Source of the DNA: an uncultured Acidobacteriota bacterium
Lineage (GTDB): Bacteria; Actinomycetota; Acidimicrobiia; Spongiisociales; ZC4RG35
DNA: 64,000 nt
Assembly (NCBI GenBank): GCA_963828465.1
Contig: CAWHEU010000018.1
Span: 96,001-160,000, forward strand
Direction of reading: 5' to 3'
The notes under the pieces are model-generated. The model searched no databases. It was not told the origin of the DNA and saw nothing but the letters and a program-made list of their open reading frames with translations. Position 1 is the stretch's first letter. Each line of letters opens with the position of its first letter. Of this stretch, positions 61,201 to 64,000 are shown piece after piece. Position numbers and translations under genes: made by a program.

Positions 61201-62581
61201 CGCCCGAGAGGCGGCCGATGCCCTGGCCATCCCTTCCGGCATCGTCGAGACCATCCTCCGGCAGCTGGAGGCGTCGGGGCGGGTCGATGTCGGCGCCTTC
61301 CGTCCGGGCGGGCAGGGACGGGAATGGATCGACCGCGACGTGCTGAGACGGCTCAAACGTCGGTCCTTGGCCGTTTTGCGCCGGGAGATAGAGCCGGTGC
61401 CTCCCGCCTCCCTGGCTGCCTTCAACATTGCGTGGCAAGGAGTTCGGGACGACCCGCCGTCGAGCTCGACTGCCCTCACCGATGCGATAGCCCGACTCAC
61501 CGGCGCGGTGATCCCGGCATCCGTACTGGAGCGCGACGTCCTCGCCTCGAGGGTCGCCGACCCTGCTTCCCACCTCGATCGGCTCCTCCTCGATGGCGAC
61601 CTCGTCTGGGTGGGACATGACTCGCTCGGGCCCGGCGATGGCAAGCTGGCCCTGTACCCGCGATCGAGTCTCGGCTTGCTGTGGAGGGGTCCTCGTGAAA
61701 TGCCGGAAGGGCCCGAGGCCGAATCGATCCATGACTTCCTGGAGCTGAGGGGAGCCAGCTTCTTCCGGGACATCTACGTCGGCACGGGGGGTGGCGACCC
61801 CGTCGACCTCCTCGAGCATCTCTGGGACCTGGTCTGGTCCGGCCATGTCACCAATGACACCCTCGCCCCGCTCCGCGCCTTCATCCAACAGCGCAGCACG
61901 AGACGGACCGGCCGTCCCGGGCTCTCATCACAATTCCCCCCTCAAGCGGGTGGGCGCTGGTCGTTGACCGGCCAACTCGTAGGTGGGGATGTGAGTGATA
62001 CCGAGCGTCACGCCGCCTGGGCCCATCTCCTCCTCGACAGACACGGCGTGGTCACTCGGAGTGCCATCCTCGCCGAGGGATACCCGGGCGGCTTCAGTGC
62101 GATCTACCCGGTGTTCTCCCATCTGGAGGAGACGGGGAGAGTGCGTCGTGGATACTTCGTCGAGGGTTTGGGCGGCTCACAGTTCGCACTTCCCGGCGCG
62201 GTCGACCGTTTGCGCACCGATCCGCCCCGCCAGTTGACGGTGCTGGCCGCCACCGACCCTGCCAACCCCTACGGGGCCACACTTCCCTGGCCCGACGTCG
62301 AAGAGGCTCGACTGGCTCGCGACGCCGGCGCCTATGTCTTCCTCTGGGAGGGCCAGTTGCTCGGTTACCTGGACCGGGGCAGGCGGCACCTGACCGTCCT
62401 CGCCGAAGACATGTCGATCTATGGCAACTTGGGCCGAGGGCTCTCCGAGATCGCCACCCGACATCGACGCACGACGGTCAACACGGTCAACGGCCGGCCG
62501 GCGCCCGCCTCTCCGATCGCCCCGGCACTGGCAGAGTGGGGGTTCGCCACCGCCCCGAGAGGCCTCACCTACCGCGGCTGA
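58208..62581 (+). CDS. lhr: Lhr ATP-dependent helicase (long form)
   Basis: APTGSGKT, TTPESL, DEVH, SAT, ATSSLELGID, QRVGRSGH, C-terminal RRGYFVEGLGGSQFA. Confidence 0.95.
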   Translation: MDPLGAFTPATRTWFEASFNEPTRAQALGWPAIADGHHTLIHAPTGSGKTLAAFLWTLDKLLTEPQPEKASRCRVLYISPLKALAHDVERNLRAPLAGIRHASSRIGGPTLPTVDTFIRTGDTPSDARQRMRRNPPDILITTPESLYLILTSAAREILRSVRWVIVDEVHTVAGSKRGAHLSLSLERLEEVTDVPPQRIGLSATQRPLEDIGRFLGGGTLDDDGTWVPRPVRLIDVPHDRDLDIQIVVPVEDMNEPGEPDPLDPDQRSTRSIWPAVYPRLLEQIQAHRSTIVFANSRRLAERLCSEINNLAGEEVAKAHHGSVSREQRLLTEEALKRGDLRAVVATSSLELGIDMGAVDLVLQVEAPTSVASGLQRVGRSGHQVGGVSKARIFPKYRGDLLVSAVVANQMLERQVETTKIPANPLDVLSQQLVARVVAGPASADDLYEMATRAAPYSGLSRAVFDETLDMLAGRYPSDLFAELRPRINWDRVTGEVTARPGSLQLAVTNAGTIPDRGLFRVTLPDGSRVGELDEEMVYESREGDVFLLGSTAWRISQIGHDRVEVVPAPAEGAARMPFWHGDSMGRSIETGRAVGAFVRETGRLDPEEAHEDLMTRFHLDDLAARNLVGYLTEEREATGVLPTDQTLVVERFRDEIGDWRLVLLSPLGARIHAPWAMALRHRFRDRYGVDVDAIWSDDGIAFRFPDADNPPGPEDLLLDPEDVEALLLEHLGDTALFAARFREAAGRSLLLPRRRPGERTPLWLQRRRSADLLGVAKQFGSFPIMLEVYREILQDDFDLPSLIEVLTDIRARRIRIASVDLDSPSPFASSLLFSFIAAFLYEADAPLAERRAAAMTLDRDLLRELLGEGELRELIDPEVVAAVELELQYLTERRRVKRADGVHDMLRDLGPLTVQDLEVRTDGLDIPSVLSELTGQRRIVEITHGGVTRWAAVEDVSRLRDALGVQPPAGIPHVFLEPVDNPLGDVVGRYARTHGPFTAREAADALAIPSGIVETILRQLEASGRVDVGAFRPGGQGREWIDRDVLRRLKRRSLAVLRREIEPVPPASLAAFNIAWQGVRDDPPSSSTALTDAIARLTGAVIPASVLERDVLASRVADPASHLDRLLLDGDLVWVGHDSLGPGDGKLALYPRSSLGLLWRGPREMPEGPEAESIHDFLELRGASFFRDIYVGTGGGDPVDLLEHLWDLVWSGHVTNDTLAPLRAFIQQRSTRRTGRPGLSSQFPPQAGGRWSLTGQLVGGDVSDTERHAAWAHLLLDRHGVVTRSAILAEGYPGGFSAIYPVFSHLEETGRVRRGYFVEGLGGSQFALPGAVDRLRTDPPRQLTVLAATDPANPYGATLPWPDVEEARLARDAGAYVFLWEGQLLGYLDRGRRHLTVLAEDMSIYGNLGRGLSEIATRHRRTTVNTVNGRPAPASPIAPALAEWGFATAPRGLTYRG

Positions 62582-64000
62582 GACTCGAGGATCTCGTAGG
62601 TCGTCGATCGCAGTGCGGGCCGGCGCCCGGCCGCCTCGATGACCTCCCGGAACTCCTGGGGGGTGACCTCCTGACCATGGGCTGCACCGGCGGAGCGGGT
62701 GATGATCTCGCCCATCAGGGTCCCACCGAGGTCGTTACATCCCGCGTCCAGGAGACGTCGACCGCCATCGAGCCCGAGCTTGACCCAGGAGGCCTGGATG
62801 TTTGGCACAAGGCCATCGAGGGCGATTCGGGACACGGCATGTATCAGCACCACCTCGTCCCAGGTGGGCCCGGGGCGTGACCGCCCTCTGAGGAAGATCG
62901 GCGAGCCCATGTGGACGAACGGCAACGGAACCATCTCGGTGAATCCGCCGGTCCGGCGCTGGATGGCGCGGATCACTTCGAGATGGTTGGCCCAGGAACG
63001 CGGATGGTCGATGTGGCCGAACATGATCGTCGAGGTAGCCCGCAGCCCGAGTTCATGGGCAGTGATCATCACCTCTGCCCACTGGGAGGTCCGGATCTTG
63101 TCCGGGCAGAGGTGTGCTCTGACGTCGTCGTCGAGGATCTCGGCGGCGGTTCCCGGAAGGGTGCCCAGACCGGCGGCCTTGAGCTCCTCGAGAAAGCGGC
63201 GCACCGGTATCCCCAGGGTCTCGGCCCCCTGCCAGACCTCGAGCGGGGTGAACCCGTGGATGTGCATGTCGGGCAGCTCCGACTTGATGGCATTGACCAC
63301 GTCGACATAGAAGTTGCCCGTGAAATCGGGATGGATGCCACCCTGGAGGGTCACTTCGGTCGCACCCCGCCCCCAGGCCTCGAGAGATCTCTCCACGATT
63401 TCGTCGAGTCCCATGAGATACGGCTCGCCTCGGAGATTTAGGCTGCGCGGGCCCTTGGAAAATGCGCAGAAGCCACACTTGAAGTAGCAGAGATTGGTGT
63501 AGTTGATGTTCCGGTTCACGACATAGGTGACCGTGTCACCGGCCGCCCGCTCTCTGAGGATGTCGGCGACGTGCGCGACCGCGTCGACCTGGTCCCCCCG
63601 GGCCCGGAACAGCGCCTCCACCTCCGTTGTCGTCGGCGCGGTGCCTTCCAATGAGCGCTCCAGGATCGGAGCCAACTCCGCCGCCGACCCAGGGAAGGAG
63701 GTCGATGTGCCGTCCAGCCAGGAGCCGTCGAGCCACTCCGCAGACAAACGACCGTCCGGCACCGGTGGCGAGAGATCCTTCCCGGGCGCCCATTCGTATC
63801 GCGGCCTGGCCACACCGGCTCCGTCGACCTGGCTCAGCCAGGCGGTGAAGGTCTCGGCGGCCAACACAGAGCGGGCCTCGTCGATCTCGATGCCTGGGGG
63901 AACGCGGTCCTCTCCACGAGTCGTCTCTCGCCGAGAGCCGCCCGCAGCTCGCCGATCCCTTCCACGTCCCAATCGCGCAACAACAAGTCGGTGGCACCCT
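62569..64000 (-). CDS. cofH: FO synthase CofH domain (FbiC-like), 5' partial with an apparent frameshift near 63897
   Basis: YVVNRNINYTNLCYFKCGFCAFS, QGGIHP, PGTAAEILDD, NIQASWVK, GCNDLGGTLM. Confidence 0.9.
   Translation of the reverse strand, partial: GCHRLVVARLGRGRDRRAAGGSRRETTRGEDRVPPGIEIDEARSVLAAETFTAWLSQVDGAGVARPRYEWAPGKDLSPPVPDGRLSAEWLDGSWLDGTSTSFPGSAAELAPILERSLEGTAPTTTEVEALFRARGDQVDAVAHVADILRERAAGDTVTYVVNRNINYTNLCYFKCGFCAFSKGPRSLNLRGEPYLMGLDEIVERSLEAWGRGATEVTLQGGIHPDFTGNFYVDVVNAIKSELPDMHIHGFTPLEVWQGAETLGIPVRRFLEELKAAGLGTLPGTAAEILDDDVRAHLCPDKIRTSQWAEVMITAHELGLRATSTIMFGHIDHPRSWANHLEVIRAIQRRTGGFTEMVPLPFVHMGSPIFLRGRSRPGPTWDEVVLIHAVSRIALDGLVPNIQASWVKLGLDGGRRLLDAGCNDLGGTLMGEIITRSAGAAHGQEVTPQEFREVIEAAGRRPALRSTTYEILESQPR

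Noticed and set aside
11877-61888. Many long antisense or alternate-frame ORFs (e.g. 14794..16113, 22263..23792, 60692..61888)
   Set aside because: Typical stop-poor shadows of real genes in high-GC DNA, with no recognisable motifs.

Overview
A GC-rich, gene-dense actinobacterial chromosome segment. The SLH protein style, gene order and F420/mycothiol-type enzymes suggest Acidimicrobiia (inference). Left end: tRNA-Val(CAC), then a ~3.9 kb integrase-less island bounded by a 45-bp direct repeat of the 3' half of tRNA-Val(GAC), next to a Gly-Cys-Val tRNA cluster. Core genes follow: dut, nrdR, LysM-lexA with four SOS boxes, dapF, miaA, miaB, rny, recA, thpR, cinA, rimO. Next come a glyoxylate-shunt block (aceB, aceA, a RamB-like regulator, an archaeal-type GAPDH-like gene) and a 2-oxoacid dehydrogenase E1a/E1b/E2 operon running directly into a probable AhpD-like selenoprotein (CxxU with a SECIS-like hairpin). 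The rest holds ftsK, rnj, dapA, a Pnkp-kinase/F420-LLM fusion, a Zur-regulated ABC system, glpD, an M16 peptidase, a vWA + AAA+ pair with atypical Walker motifs, metY under a SAM riboswitch, an HD-GYP protein, lhr and cofH/fbiC. Several genes carry single-base indels, most likely long-read assembly errors. No CRISPR array, rRNA or transposase was seen. All product calls come from motif recognition only; no database search was run.
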